From Chrysomallon squamiferum (taxonomy: Eukaryota; Animalia; Mollusca): a DNA stretch of 64,000 bases. The notes under the pieces were generated by a model, which was not told the origin of the DNA, did no database searches, and saw only the letters and a program-made list of their open reading frames with translations. Location of the stretch: the NCBI GenBank assembly GCA_012295275.1, contig CM022670.1, positions 20,646,001 to 20,710,000 on the forward strand. The letters are read 5' to 3'. How positions within the stretch are numbered: position 1 is the first letter of the stretch; the number at the start of each line of letters is the position of its first letter. A program made the translations under genes and the position numbers. Positions 1-14,161 of the stretch are shown one piece after another.

Positions 1-893
1 AATGCTATCATGTAATGAAACGGAAAAGGTTTCTGTTCTGGACAAAGACAGGAAAGCCAGACGAAATGTATCAAACAACTCTTCGAACGTGTTTTATAGT
101 TTTGTTATAATTCACTTGTGATGTTAGCATTTGTTTAAAAGTATTATTCCTGTGGTAGATATAGTATTCAACAGATTCATTTTCTTTGCATATGTTTTGT
201 TCCAAGCACAAAAAATTATTTTGTTTGGAAACTCCAGAATAGGGTTTTCTTACATCTTGCTTAGAATCTTGGAAAGTCTCGAATATAGTTTTCTTTAAGA
301 AATTTTCGAAATTCATATTCGAATTCAGAACGAGATAAACCAAAACAGATATTATTATTAAATTGCAGAATACAATTTTGCAGAATTTTCTTTCACAAGT
401 TACCGTTTTAGTGCAGTGCTAGAGTAAAAGAAAACAAAATGTTTTGAGTTTCACATCTCCACATTTTATAGTAATAAAAGTTCATATTCTAAGAATTTAT
501 TTTTATCTTTTAGAAACAACGTAGTAAATAGTAGATTTTAAAAATAATTATTTCTAACAATACTTAAGAAAAAATCTGATGTTTTAGACCATAGGAAACA
601 ATATCTTTGTCAACGTAGTTTTCGTTCGTCTGTCAACAACAGAACACATTACATATATTCTACAAATATTTATAATAATAGGTCACAAGAAAATGGAGTA
701 AAAATGGTTTAACCTAGTATATCACTGATTAATTTTCCTAATCTCCTTATTAGAAATATATATTATTATAATTAATGTAAAATAAGTGAATCTTAGGTTT
801 ACTCAATGTTATAATATTTTAATTCTGTCCAAAATACGCATGTTCAAATGAATACAAAAAATAATAATTATGTTAACTTGTTACCTGATTCAT
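1..893 (-). pseudogene. GT32 glycosyltransferase copy A (5' part; runs off the window's left edge), frameshifted
   Basis: Near-identical to 26855-27742. A 7-nt deletion near 73 (gtatcaaacaact vs gtaccaaatttggaacaact in copy B) gives RRVV*. Start exon ATG AAT CAG|gt at 885-893; main exon acceptor at 418. Exon 1 and the promoter are deleted (junction ~1250). Confidence 0.85.
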
Positions 894-1099
894 CCTAGAA
901 TGTTTTGAGTACATACTGATGTAAAACCCAGGTCAGAATACTAATGCAGTTTTTGCTCAAAACTCCGAACACATCTGTTCAATGAAGAATTTTAAAAAGG
1001 TCACTTTATACTTGTTACAAGAATGAATATGTTAAAAAATAAATAAAAGGATACAGACTAATAGATGCAATTTCAATAAATTATTTTGAATATTCTATA

Positions 1100-1250
1100 G
1101 CAGGAATGCGCAACCTGCAGCCGAGGGGATTTCGCCTCATCACATTTAACATCTCATTTGAAATAAAACGAGGATGCTTGTTAGTATAAACACTCACACC
1201 ATGAAATTCCTGTGACTGTTTGATGCTGTACGCAAAAGGCATCCAGTTTT
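1100..1250 (+). mobile_element. Truncated hAT/Charlie-type MITE (left end only)
   Basis: caggaatgcgcaacctgcagcc matches the left TIR of the full copies at 27916, 39001 and 56872. The right part was removed by a deletion. Confidence 0.6.
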
Positions 1251-2358
1251 TTAAATCTTACATGAGAAATATAGTGTAGTAGTATTGCGGATTCTCATTC
1301 ACCTTACAGAGCTGGGAGGTTATATTTTTCTGTGTGTCAGGTTTTGCCTTGATCTTTAAACGAATCTATTGGCAGCTTGCTAACTGGCACAATCTACAAG
1401 GTGTTCCAGGAAACCTTTTCCTGTGTCCTATTATTCGCAAACAGATCGCTGTGTTTGTATAATTTTGTTTTGAAACCTAAAATGAGTTCGTTGAAACTGA
1501 AAACCATGGACAGAAACAGGAATATAGCTCTTGATAATTACAAACAAGCAGAAACCAGGCAAAATCATGAAAATTACCCTTCAAGCCTAGAAGTTCAAAC
1601 TTGGAACGTTCTCGAAGGTATAGAAATAATAATGATAAAGCCATATGCCTAGTGCATGAATAAATTCACTTGCAAATCATTCCCTGATAAAGATGAAATA
1701 TAAGCGTACATGACGGAGCAGTCCGGCGTTAAGCCGTCCCATTGTCGTTCAGTATTGTATTCAGAAAGTTTTGGTGGGGAATGATCAAAGGGTGGTTTTT
1801 GTTCTATATGAGGATGACATAGCTTCATTTACTGTAGAGGACATTTTGCAAACTTCTTAATTTAGCGTCAGAAACCGGCATGAGATCTGGTGTTAACTAC
1901 ATCATTATGCTGTAAGAAGCCACAGTCCTAGCAAGGTTAACTTAACCTATGTCTATTTATTCTGCACCACCCCAAAACGTATCACTTCTGCAAATCTGGC
2001 AACTCTTTGTTCTCTATTTACACTATTCATCATAAATGTCAAGCTATTCTTCCTGGATTGTGATTTACGTAACTGAAAAGGGCATCAGCAAAGCTGCCTC
2101 TCCCCTACTCAAGTATTTACAAGTTTTGTGATATGAAAGTAAATGGATTAGAAGCTGCAGTTCACCTAGATACGATTTAAAAAGTCTCTTTTGAGAAGAT
2201 ATTTGTGAATACCTGTTTGTTGCTCTTGTTCTTTCTCCTATTGCTGTTGTCGATGTTTCTACTGTTTTTGTTACTGTTGTTAATTATTTTATTAATTTTG
2301 TTATCACCAGCAGTACTCGTCTATTGTAATGTTTGCATTTTACTACTACTACTACCAC

Positions 2359-2379
<21 letters not shown>

Positions 2380-2392
<13 letters not shown>

Positions 2393-2510
2393 GTTATTAT
2401 TATTATTATTTTAAACATTTTATTTACACACTGGATAGCAATTGCTTGCTGTTTTCCTTCTTTTTATTTGTGTAGTTATTTTTTTCTTATATTCATACAA
2501 GATACACACA

Positions 2511-2593
<83 letters not shown>

Positions 2594-3449
2594 TCATATC
2601 AAACAGCAATTAAAGATTCAGATAAAATGGTGAATAAGAAAATACATGTATATGTGTGTGTGTGTGTGTGAGTGTGTGTGTGTGTGTGTTTTTCGGATTC
2701 ATAACATTATATGGATATTTAAAAGGACTGTTAAAAAGATGTACACTGTTTGTTCAGATGTGAAAAGATATAATGTTTACAAACATTTCTATCGTCACCT
2801 AAGACAGTTAACAATAATATATATACGTAACATTAGTTTTGCTATCAAGAGATAAAATTCAATACACTAAAATTGATAAAATCAACAAAGCACAGTAATA
2901 ATTATAATAAAAAAGAAAATAATAATAATAATAACAACAACAACGACAATTCTAATTCTAATTATAAATAAATAAGTACGTGACTAACTAGCTAAATGAA
3001 ATTAGTAAATAAAAATACAAAAATACACATATCCAAGAAAACTAAAATTGGAAAATATTCCATCACTATGAGTTTAGAGAGAGAGAGAGAGAGAACGAGA
3101 GAGAGAGAGAGAGATTACAGTCAACTTTAATAAAAGAAAATGGAGTTCTTACCAGGTTTGATATTTTTAACAATGAGTCCAGGTTTCAGTTCTATGACAC
3201 AAACACACAAACATGTGATCTAATATACCCACTCAGACCCTTTTGTCATTGAAATAAGGTCAGATAATGCAGTTTCAAACCATAAACTGTTAAATATTTA
3301 GTCATATATGTTTATTTAATTTCAAATTATCTTTTTTTGTTATTTATTATTATTATTATTATTATTATACCACACACCAAACCAGAAATACATTAAAACA
3401 AAGTAAGATATTTGGTTAATCTGTCGATACTTTTAGATTGTGAAAGTCG

Positions 3450-3489
<40 letters not shown>

Positions 3490-3785
3490 AACAATTTAAG
3501 AAATACCAAATAAAGAAATAACTGTAAATATTTAAATTTTTTAAAAATATCAGAAATATCAAAAATAAAAAATTAAGAGAAAATAAAGACTAAAGAGAAC
3601 TAGCATTAAATTTCAATTTGGTTGCAATGTATTGACTGAAAATTAAATATATATTATTATTATTATTATTGTTATTATTATTATTATTTTAAACATTTTA
3701 TTTACACACTGGATAGCAATTGTTTGCTGTTTTCCTTCTTTTTATTTGTGTAGTTATTTTTTTTCTTATATTCTAGAACAAAACA

Positions 3786-3845
<60 letters not shown>

Positions 3846-4314
3846 ATTAACCTAAGACAGTTAACAATAATATATTTACGTGACATTAATTTTGCTATCA
3901 AGAGGTAAAATTCAATACACTAAAATTGATAACATCAACAAAGCACAATAATAATTATAATAAAAAAGAAAATAATAATAATAATAACAACAACAACAAC
4001 ATCATCAGCAACAAGAGAGACAGATTAAAGTCAACTTTTTATAAAACAAAATGGAGTTCTTACCAGGTTGGATATTTTCTAACATTGAGTCTGTATTACC
4101 GTGTAACCAGGTTTCAGTTCTGTGACACAAACACACAAAGAAGTGATGTAATATATCCAATCAGACCCTTTTATGGGCGAGATAAAACTCATGTGAGCTA
4201 TGGTAGTTTCAAACAAGTCAGCTTTCCACATGCACAGAGAAGCATTATTTCCATTTATGAGAATTCTGTGGAATGTGTGTCTCAGCAGATTTAATCTCAA
4301 ATTATCTGTTTTTG

Positions 4315-4346
<32 letters not shown>

Positions 4347-4560
4347 ATCCCAAACCAAAGCAGAAATACATTAAAACAAAGTAAGACATTTGGTTAGTCT
4401 GTCGATATATTGTGAACATCGAACAAAAATCAAACAATAAGAAATATAAAAAGAAAAAATAAAGACAAAATAAAGACAAAATGAGAACTAGCATTAAATT
4501 TAAATTTGGTTGCAATGTATTGACTGAAAATTAAATATATATTAATAATATTAATAATAA
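2380..4560. repeat. Local tandem duplication (~1.28 kb period) studded with (TAT)n, (CA)n, (GA)n and (GT)n microsatellites
   Basis: ttaaacattttatttacacactggatagcaatt occurs at ~2410 and ~3688, and the downstream blocks repeat in order. Junctions fall in TAT and GA tracts. Confidence 0.8.
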
Positions 4561-5388
4561 TCATACTCTTGCTTCTATAAATTTTGAAGAAGTAAATGAA
4601 ATTGATGATATAAATAATAAAAATCACTCTGCTACTACTGCTTCGACTATTAAGACTACCACTTTTACTGCTATTAGTGCTACTATTACTGCTGTTGTTA
4701 AGACTAATTATGAATATGATAATAAAGATAATGACATTGATATAAATAATAATCATAACACTGCTACTACTACTACTTCTACTACTGTTACTAATTACTT
4801 TACTATTAAAATACTACTATTTGCTGATTATAATAATGATGAAGATGATAAAGATAATGGTGATGATGATGATTATAAAAACAATAATATTATTAATAAC
4901 AACAATAAAATTATAAATGTATGTTCTTGAAATATGTCTGTATTAAGAATACCTGAAAAAAGTATGAAATGACATTAAGAGCAGAAAGACCACAAGCATG
5001 TGTTGCTTGTGCATAAAATAATGATACGAGTCGTAATTCACTGCTATTTCGTCATTGGTTCTAATATCGATTTCCGGAGACAAAACATATCGCACAGTGA
5101 TCTTTTGTTAAATTTATTTATTTATTTATTTTAATATATAGTCGCAGTGTTTAAAGTACACACATATTTTTAACAAAATACTGACTATGTTTGTAAATCG
5201 AAAGATGGGACAGTCAATATATCGACTAGTTTAAGCCTATGATTGTTAATCCAGAAAAAACAAGAATAAGAGATTATGTAGAAATAATAATTAAATTAAA
5301 ATACATACTCGCAGCAATGCCAAAAGTATTTGTTCTGTGTTGTTGTCCGTTCATTTTCTGTCGTGCGGTTTGTCACTCATTCCATGCT

Positions 5389-5482
5389 CTCAGTCTCACG
5401 TATTACTATTATCCATTCATGACGTTGCCAGTTTTACGTTGTAATTAGTGGTTGTAGCACTGGGGACGTGGGGCTGTGAATT
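5389..5482. other. 94-nt invariant non-coding element, copy 1 (enhancer or structured ncRNA candidate)
   Basis: Identical at 43529, 50073 and 59125 while the flanks differ. Contains four ACGT cores and has self-complementary ends. Confidence 0.6.
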
Positions 5483-6522
5483 GTTTTTCATCATGTTATC
5501 AGCAATATATTTAAAGTTTTATTGTGCTTTTCACTGATATTAATATTATTCTGCATGAATATTCGACTCTGATAGGTTAATCAAGACATGTTTTTTTTTT
5601 AATAGGTAATTTAAATATGGTATTTCTCTTTCTGAATTATCCTATAGATTACGTTTTATATTCCTAAAAGTGTCTGTCTTCAAAGACAAAATTATTAGCT
5701 AATTTAGTGAACAAAATTTGTATTTGAATGATTTAATAGTCATCTCTGATAGATTAATCAAGATATCTTTTATGGTAGTTAATTTAAATATGAAGTTTAT
5801 ATTTGCTAATTGTGTTCCTAAAAGCTTCTATCTTCAAACACAAAATTATTAGCTAATTTACTGAAGAAAATTCATTTTTGAACTTTTGGTTATGCGATCT
5901 CATATTGGATATCGATGTTTATTTCAGAATCTATTTGTTTTTGATCTTCATTAATTGGTAGTTCCTAATGTAAACATTTCAACTCAGCACAAATTTCATT
6001 GATTTCCTGTTACAATCTTTTTTTGCCATTTGAATCAGTATACATTATTTCATTGCGTAAAATTGAAAGTATTCATCAGTTGTAGATTATCTAATAAAAC
6101 TTACTGAGTATGTGCCATCTTTTTCTAATCAAACAAACTTCGACTGAAATCTTTGAATCTGTGTATTTCCATAGTGATGTATAAGGAAAAGTAATTTTAG
6201 TATTATATTTATAATATAAATTTGAGTAAAACATTTAGAAATGTTTAATATTAAAAGTATTTTTATTCTTCTGAGTATCGATTAACTTTAGTTTTCAGAT
6301 CATAAAGCATGTCAAAATATTAACAGCAAAATGCAAGGAAATAAGAAATATATCCTGAATTAGAATAAAGAATCCATAGAATTTGTCAAGAAGTGAATTT
6401 AATGCAGTATCTTAATATGAAACCGTGATTTTACCAGTTATCATTTTCATCCAGCTCTTTAAAAATTATTCAGTTCAAGAAGAATATACAGACATTATAA
6501 TACAATCATTAAATGTTCAACT

Positions 6523-6591
<69 letters not shown>

Positions 6592-7636
6592 GTAAAGAAG
6601 GAGCAACATCAACAGAAATCTCTACCTGTATTGATATATTGTCATGCACTTCTATACACTAAATATATATTATATCAAGAAAGTAGAAAAAAAACCCATA
6701 AATGCACACCAAAAAACCATCACAAAGTGTTTTATAACATACATTTGAAAAAATAAAATAATAATAATAATAATAATCAAATCAAATCAGTAATAAAAAT
6801 AAAACAATAGAAACAAAACAAAACAAAACAAAATTTTGACTGATAAATAATAATCTGAAACATTTTTCTGAAACTACAATCATTAAATATTAACATCTCA
6901 TTTGGAAGAATGGGTGGACATTGATAAAAAACGGAGTTACAGGGTGCATGTTGTAATTAGGTGAAGAGAGTTTGAAGCAGACACTGTACTGATCAATCAT
7001 GTTAAAACAGACACCAGTCTAACTGTCAGTAAGACATACTTCTGCTGACATCCTTCTGTTAAAATCAACACACACTGTCACACAATACAGCTCCAGGTCT
7101 TCATGCTTAACCATTCGGAGAAGAATTTTGTTTTCAAGAAAATACTTTTTTTGACTGCTTAAAAAATTATTGTTAAGCTTAGAAAAAAATCTGCTCTCAT
7201 TTTTGAAAACATTATAGTTTTAAATTCGTAAAAACATTTTAATTTATAAATTAAAGAATAATTGTCATGATAGGTTTTGTAATTTTTTGGGAAAATAATT
7301 CTGCATACTCTTTTAGGAAAATTTCACTTTCTTTAATAAAAGGCATCAACTTTAAAATTTAAATAATAGGGTTAATTTAAATAATAATTTTCCTGAGATG
7401 AGAATTGTTATATGTTATGTAATTTATATTTCATGGTCCTTTTAAATAAAACTGCTTACCACAAAAGCATTGTGAGTGCCATTGAAAGCCCTTGAATGAA
7501 CTATAATGCTTATCCTGCATGTACCAACAATAAATAATTAGGGGATGGCAAATAAAAATGCTGTAGTTAAACAATCACAGCAGTCAGTCTTTGAGGTATT
7601 TATACTAAATTAATAATACAGATAATGGCTACTATC

Positions 7637-7667
<31 letters not shown>

Positions 7668-8382
7668 TTCATGTATCCTTATAAATTAACTATTTTTACT
7701 GACAATATTTAATATTAACAGTTAATAATGGTTCATCATTCAAAGGTGTTCAGAAAAGAAAATTAACGACCTATGCACCAACCCCTAAAATATATATCTT
7801 GCCCATTTTCAAAAATGCCCTCAAGTGAAATTTGGTCCCTAGCTATCATATTTTGACTTGAAAAAAAAATATCAGGTTCAATTTTCCAACCATCCGTTCA
7901 AAAAAAGTACAACAAATACTAAAACAGTATTTAAAGTGTGGACCAGGGCATCCTAATTTTCACAGCCTCACGTGAATCACGATTCCTGGCCAGTAAAACA
8001 AGCAGTGAAAAGATGTAAAAGAAATTTGTAGATTTTCACTCATTACCACATCTTAAAACCTGTCTGTCAGTGGTCTCACTACACAGTTTGGTTGTAGTCA
8101 TCGTGAACATGACACTGTCAGATGAAATGATGACAGGCAGGTAATATATACAGTGATGAAAACAGTATACACCTTCTCTGTGCCTGACACACTTTTCAAA
8201 GGTTGTCTTGTTAAGCTTTTTAGCTATGGTGATAATGTCAGAAGAAAAATATTATAAAATGTTAGATAGCTATTTTAACCTTTGATTATATGTTTTATTC
8301 ATCTTTTTTTTTTCAGAAATTTGCAGATATATATAGATGATTGAGTGCATGTGCATTTTCTATATGTAAGTGTTTATGTGTG

Positions 8383-8423
<41 letters not shown>

Positions 8424-8757
8424 ACATGTGCTTACATATTTTTGGGATGAGTTTATTTATGTTTATGGTATTTTTAAAGTAAGGTTATGTTTTATAATAC
8501 TTTATAAAACTTTAATTAAAAAAAATACATATAAAGGAACTAACGAATTAAAGATAAATAAAAAACAAAAATAAAACAAAAATAAAAACAAAATATATAA
8601 AATAAAATACAATGAAATAGAATTAAAAAAAATATAAATAAATTAAAAAAATAATAATAATAAAATAAAAATAGAAATAAATACAAATAAAATCAAGTAA
8701 AATAAAATAATAATAATATTTAAATAAAAAACAACAGCAGTTTTACACAACACTTAC

Positions 8758-8949
<192 letters not shown>

Positions 8950-9719
8950 TTAATCTTAAAATAAATATTTTTGCATTGTTTTAGTGATAAAGAGTGCTAA
9001 TAATTTAATTTTAATTTTTATTGTTTTTATGATAGGTAAAAAGACTGTAAACATATAATATCATTTTTACAATAGATATGATGTGTGTATGTTGGTAAAT
9101 GAATTGGATATACATTACCAGTATCTTATATATATTAATATCTACACACATACACAAACACATACATACACACATATGTAACTTCTCTCTCTCTATCCTC
9201 TATGCTTTCTTCCATATTTCTCCTTTCCTTCCTTCTATATAATTTATACAAGAATTCTCCCATACCTCAATCTCTCTCTCCATCAATTCAAACCTCCCCC
9301 TCACATATACCCAATTCTTTTGTTAATTTTTTTATTCATTTTAACAACGATTTATGAAATGGAATAAATCTTTATAATTTTCCTAGTGAACAGATGACAT
9401 TCATAAATAATTACCAATGGCCACACACTGAAATCAGAGCTTTTATTTTATTTGGCAAGGAATGTCATATAACTCTTGGAACAAAAATGTCAAATATTTT
9501 CTTTTTATTTTCCACATAAATTTGACAGATATTTAGTGTTTTGTTAATACCAAGGGAAAAAGACAGATAGAGTATGGAGAATATTGTATTGTTTTGTTAG
9601 GTATGTGAAAATACATGATCTCCATCTTCTGGAAGTGATAAGCTTTGTCATATTGATAAAAATATGTTTGGTAATAATTTGAAATGTATACATACACTGA
9701 TATATATATATATATATAT

Positions 9720-9761
<42 letters not shown>

Positions 9762-12700
9762 ACATATTTATATATTATACACATTTATTAATACAAACAC
9801 ACACATACATACATTGTATGTTAAATTATTATTAGTTATAATTATAATTAAAATTACTTTTATTATTATTATTATTATTACTATTATCATTATTATTGTT
9901 ATTATTAATAATAATAATATATCTAAGTATTTTTTCATATTCCTAAGTAATCAAGTATTCTTCAAATAATCTATTTTATCTTTCATATATTTTTTAAATA
10001 ACTGGTTTTAGATGAAAGATATTTTTTTAAATTTGTTATTCTATGAAGAATCTACTTTAATAAAACATTTATCTTGTTTTGAATACAAATTTATTAAATA
10101 ATAAACCAGTATATTTCGCCCAGTTAATGTGAATAGTGCTAAATTTATTGTTTAATGTTCTAACCAAATTTTATTAAAGAAAATATATCAGTACAAATAT
10201 TTACTGAATAAATTTCAAAGTTATAAAATTTAAAAATGAATGAAGTAAAATAAAAAAATAACATTAAAATTATAAATATAGGAAAAGAAAAGAAGCCACA
10301 TATAAAAAACAACAACAAAACAATAATAATAATTAAAAAAAAAAAAAAACATTAAATAAAAACCCCATAATAAATCTTAAATTTTAATTTATATATAAAC
10401 TTTGACAGCTGTTGAAAGAACAATAAGAAAAAAAGTCAAAAACAGTGGTAGAAATGATTTACAATTTTTATGACAATCAAAATGGACAGCTTTTCAAATA
10501 AACACCACAGCAATAAACTTCTTCCTATTCAGTCTGTATATTTGCTATGTCATTTCGCATTGTTGCGGACCCCCCATTCAGTGTTAGACATTTGTTGAGT
10601 TTTACAATAGATCATAGTCTGTGACTATTCAAGTGAAATGCAACAAAACTACGGATCTTCATGACACGGCCATTTGGGGAGAAATTAATACACACGTGAA
10701 ATTTATCCTTCTTTCTGTGTGATCTCTTGCTGCTGCTGCGACCCAACCTCTTTAACATTATAAAGCAGTAAAATAAACTTTGGATCTGCAGCTATGCACA
10801 AACAATAGACAGAATCAAATAAAATATCATGATACGGGAAAATTAAGAGCTTAAAACTTAAACAAGCTTGAAGACAATTTTTTTTTTTTCTGTTTTTTTT
10901 TTTTAAAAAGAGTTTATTTTAATCTCTTCTCTTCTTTTTTTTTGGGGGGGGAAATTTTTTTTATTTTTATTATCTTTTCCAAATAACTACTGAATCAGAG
11001 ATATCATTGTCCAAAAACATAGAGAAATTCAGTAACTGGATCCTGAATTGTCGAAAAAGATCTGCAATTTGTGAAAAGGTGCAGGTGCTGGGACAAAGTA
11101 ACAAAAGCCCACCGTACAGTGCAGTTAGATAAACACGGAAAGAGAGAACACACATAACAAATATTTAAACAAATGCATGACATTTGCAGTGTTTTCTATT
11201 GATTTCAGATATCAAACATATCGTATGATTTTATTTGTCTTAGTAAAACAAATAAAAATTAATAATAATATTCTAGAATTTTATATTTTTTGTACTATGA
11301 GATAAATATTTTTTTTTATGTTTTTAGAAAATGTTTATCTTTTAGTTTAAAGAAATATACTAAAACTTGTCATAAAAGAAATTTAAAATTGGAGATAAAA
11401 AATATTTAAAAAAATCTTAAATAGGGGTAATTAAAATTATTTTGTAAAAATGTTTTTATTGTTACAATAAATTCTAAAATGCATTATAAGAAATATATCA
11501 GTTAAAATTATGTTTTCAAAATTTTTAAAATTTGTTTTAAAAATGAAAGAAAAACAGAAAATTATTTTGGACAAGGATAATGTAGACTATGCATTTTTCT
11601 TTACTTTATGATTTAAAACCTATACACATAATAATAACACCTACTTAATTAATATTATTTTATATATTTCTCAGATTTATGGTTAAAAAAAAACCCATAG
11701 TTATTCATTAAATTTTATATTTCGGAGTAATAACTAAAATTGTTTTTAATTTACATCATTGTCTAGAATGTGCCTTTAGGCTAATAATAAAAAATAAACA
11801 AATAAATTAAAAAATATAAAATCTTTAAGGCAATAGTATCTATTAAACATACTTCATAACTGTTAGTAGATTATTTAATTAAAATTTGTGTCATAATGAT
11901 TATGCAATGTTTTAAACAAAGATGACAAAAAAGTAAATTATAAATGAATGAAAAGAAAAATATAAACACACACAAACATACAAACATTTCAGAATTTTTT
12001 AATTTAATTATACTTTTGTGGTATGTGAATATACATTTAAAATAAAATAATTACTAAATATATTTTCAGTATATTACTGTTAACTGAAATAATTTAAAAT
12101 AAATTATATAATATATATTAATATAATGAGAATTTTAAAAATGCATGCTTAAATATAATATTCGTATATATATATATATATATATATCTACATCAGTGGT
12201 TATTTGTAAATCGCATTGCATATAATAATCATTTGTATTGGTGACTCAGTCTTTTTGTGACTTTTTGTACTTGTTATATTTTAGCGTACAGTTTATGGTT
12301 TTTGTTTTTTGTTTTGTTGTATTCGGTCTGCAGTGTTGTTGTTTTTTTTAATATCATGGACAAAATGATTTGAATTATTGCAATGAACCAAAAGAGAAAT
12401 ATCTTGTCAACACATTTAAGAAAAAGAAAAAAAAAAAAGTATTGTTGTGAAAAAGAAGGCAATCTGTATAAATTATGTGTGTGTGTTTTTTTTCCCCCTG
12501 TGGTTATTTATGTATATCGTTTGTATATGTGTGAAATCACATTGTGTGCGTGGATGTGTGTGCGTGAATGTATGTATTATGTCTATTAAATTGTTCAATT
12601 GTTTTTTTTTTCATTCAAAGGCATTTTTTTAATTAATAATCCAGTTTTATTATTATTATTATTTTTGTGTATATTTATGTAAATACACATGCTTGCATTC

Positions 12701-13122
12701 ATGTATGCAAGGAAACATATATACAACATACAAACATGGTCACAACATACAAGCAAAAATATACATATATTCACACATAAACACACACATACACACATAC
12801 ATAGATACACATGAACACATACACACACATACATAGATACACATGAACACATACACATACACACACACACACACAGACATGTGAGCCCACAACCAGTTAT
12901 GTATATTATGGTTAGTAATATGAAATTTCGCAGTTATATGAATATACAAGCCATTTTCACAGATACACTTGTTTTCAGTAATACAAATCAGAGAAAATTA
13001 TCTAAAAGATGAAAGCATGAAGAACCATCAAGATAATGCTTAAGAGAAGCTGAATAAATATACAAAATTGTATTTCCACAGTCCCTTTCATGCATTGGTG
13101 GATGAATTTCCACAGGTTTTAC

Positions 13123-13203
13123 CGCTAGTTTAGCAATATCTATGTCATCTTCTGACAGAACAGATAACTCATCATCATCCTTCCTGGCTTTATTGAAAAA
13201 TCC
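13123..13203 (-). CDS. Candidate otoferlin-like alternative exon GFFNKARKDDDELSVLSEDDIDIAKLA
   Basis: ctag|GGA...GCG|gtaaaa, 81 nt, open, phase 0-0, GC-richer than its surroundings. Confidence 0.55.
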
Positions 13204-13991
13204 CTAGTAAATCATGAGTGACATAAGTTAAAATAAAAATAAAAAAGAATGAAATATAACATTATGAATGTGGGCATCATGACCTATAATTAAGATATTT
13301 AAGAAATCCTTTGTTTGAATATTAATATTGGAATATTTATGATAAAAAGCAGATCAAAATATTATCAAAATATTGTGAACTTAAAGACAGGTTTTATCTG
13401 TGCTCTAGTTAAGTAACAATTACTGAAAGATGGAAATGTTTTTACTTGGAAGTTTAGGATATTTTCACTAATCAGATTTAGACACATTATTCAAAGTTGA
13501 AAGTTTTTGTGAGCCAGTCTACTGATTGTACCCAAGTATTAGTTAAACTGTGATTAAATAAATTTAAACTTATTAAACATTAATTTAAACATTAAATGCA
13601 AAAAGTCATAGTAAATAATAATATATAAATAAATAAATTAAAAACATAATAAAAATAAAGTATAAATAAAAATTTGAAACAATAAAACTAAATACATAAA
13701 TAATTAAAAGAATGAACGGCAAAATAAAAAAAACATTATTAACTCATTAATTATAATGTAACACAAATAATGTACATACAATACAAATAATGTGTATATC
13801 AAGTAATACAGTTAATATATGTATAATGTAATATAAAGTAATATGTAGATTATATAAGTGATGTAATTCAAGTATGTACATATAATGTAGTACAGGTAAT
13901 ATGTATATAATGTAATAGAAATAATGTATATATAATGTCATATGGATAAAGTTATATATAATAATGTAATAGAAATGTAAGGAACCCAAAC

Positions 13992-14161
13992 CTTGAGCTG
14001 TGCTGTGCTGCTGAGCAGTTTGTCTTTCTTACACTGAGACTTGGGTGACAGTTGTTTCGACAATGATGAAGCTTTGGATTTCTTATCTTCCTGTTTCTCC
14101 ATCTTCTTCAACTCTTTCTCCATCTTCTTTGCCTGTCTGGCAGTCTTGAATTCAACTTCAC
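13992..14161 (-). pseudogene. Otoferlin-like Lys-rich linker exon EVEFKTARQAKK...STAQLK with mutated acceptor
   Basis: Open, phase 1-0, donor AAG|gtttgg. The acceptor reads ttgcgg instead of ttgcag. Confidence 0.75.

Noticed and set aside
2205-2855. ORFs rich in poly-L/I, ER, HT and CV repeats (also ~9544-9969, 12595-12949, 19738-20029, 22769-23054, 29945-30866, 51789-51995, 60659-61031)
   Set aside because: Translations of microsatellites and low-complexity DNA.
5389-5482. SECIS, Y RNA/sbRNA, vault or U7 identity for the invariant element
   Set aside because: No proper SECIS helix and AA loop, no B-box or Sm site. UUAUC is present, but the GUG-CAC stem is in the wrong order for Y/sbRNA.
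7040-7055. 16-nt microexon-like segment (ttttaacag|...|gtatgt)
   Set aside because: Not frame-preserving and no host gene can be assigned.
8173-8223. 51-nt AG..GT segment on the minus strand after the last ferlin exon
   Set aside because: Does not match the expected next otoferlin exon (GYNxWRDP) and gives an immediate stop in the required phase.
10520-11160. GC-richer patch inside the ferlin intron
   Set aside because: No ferlin motifs, TIR pair or convincing ORF found. Probably an old repeat.
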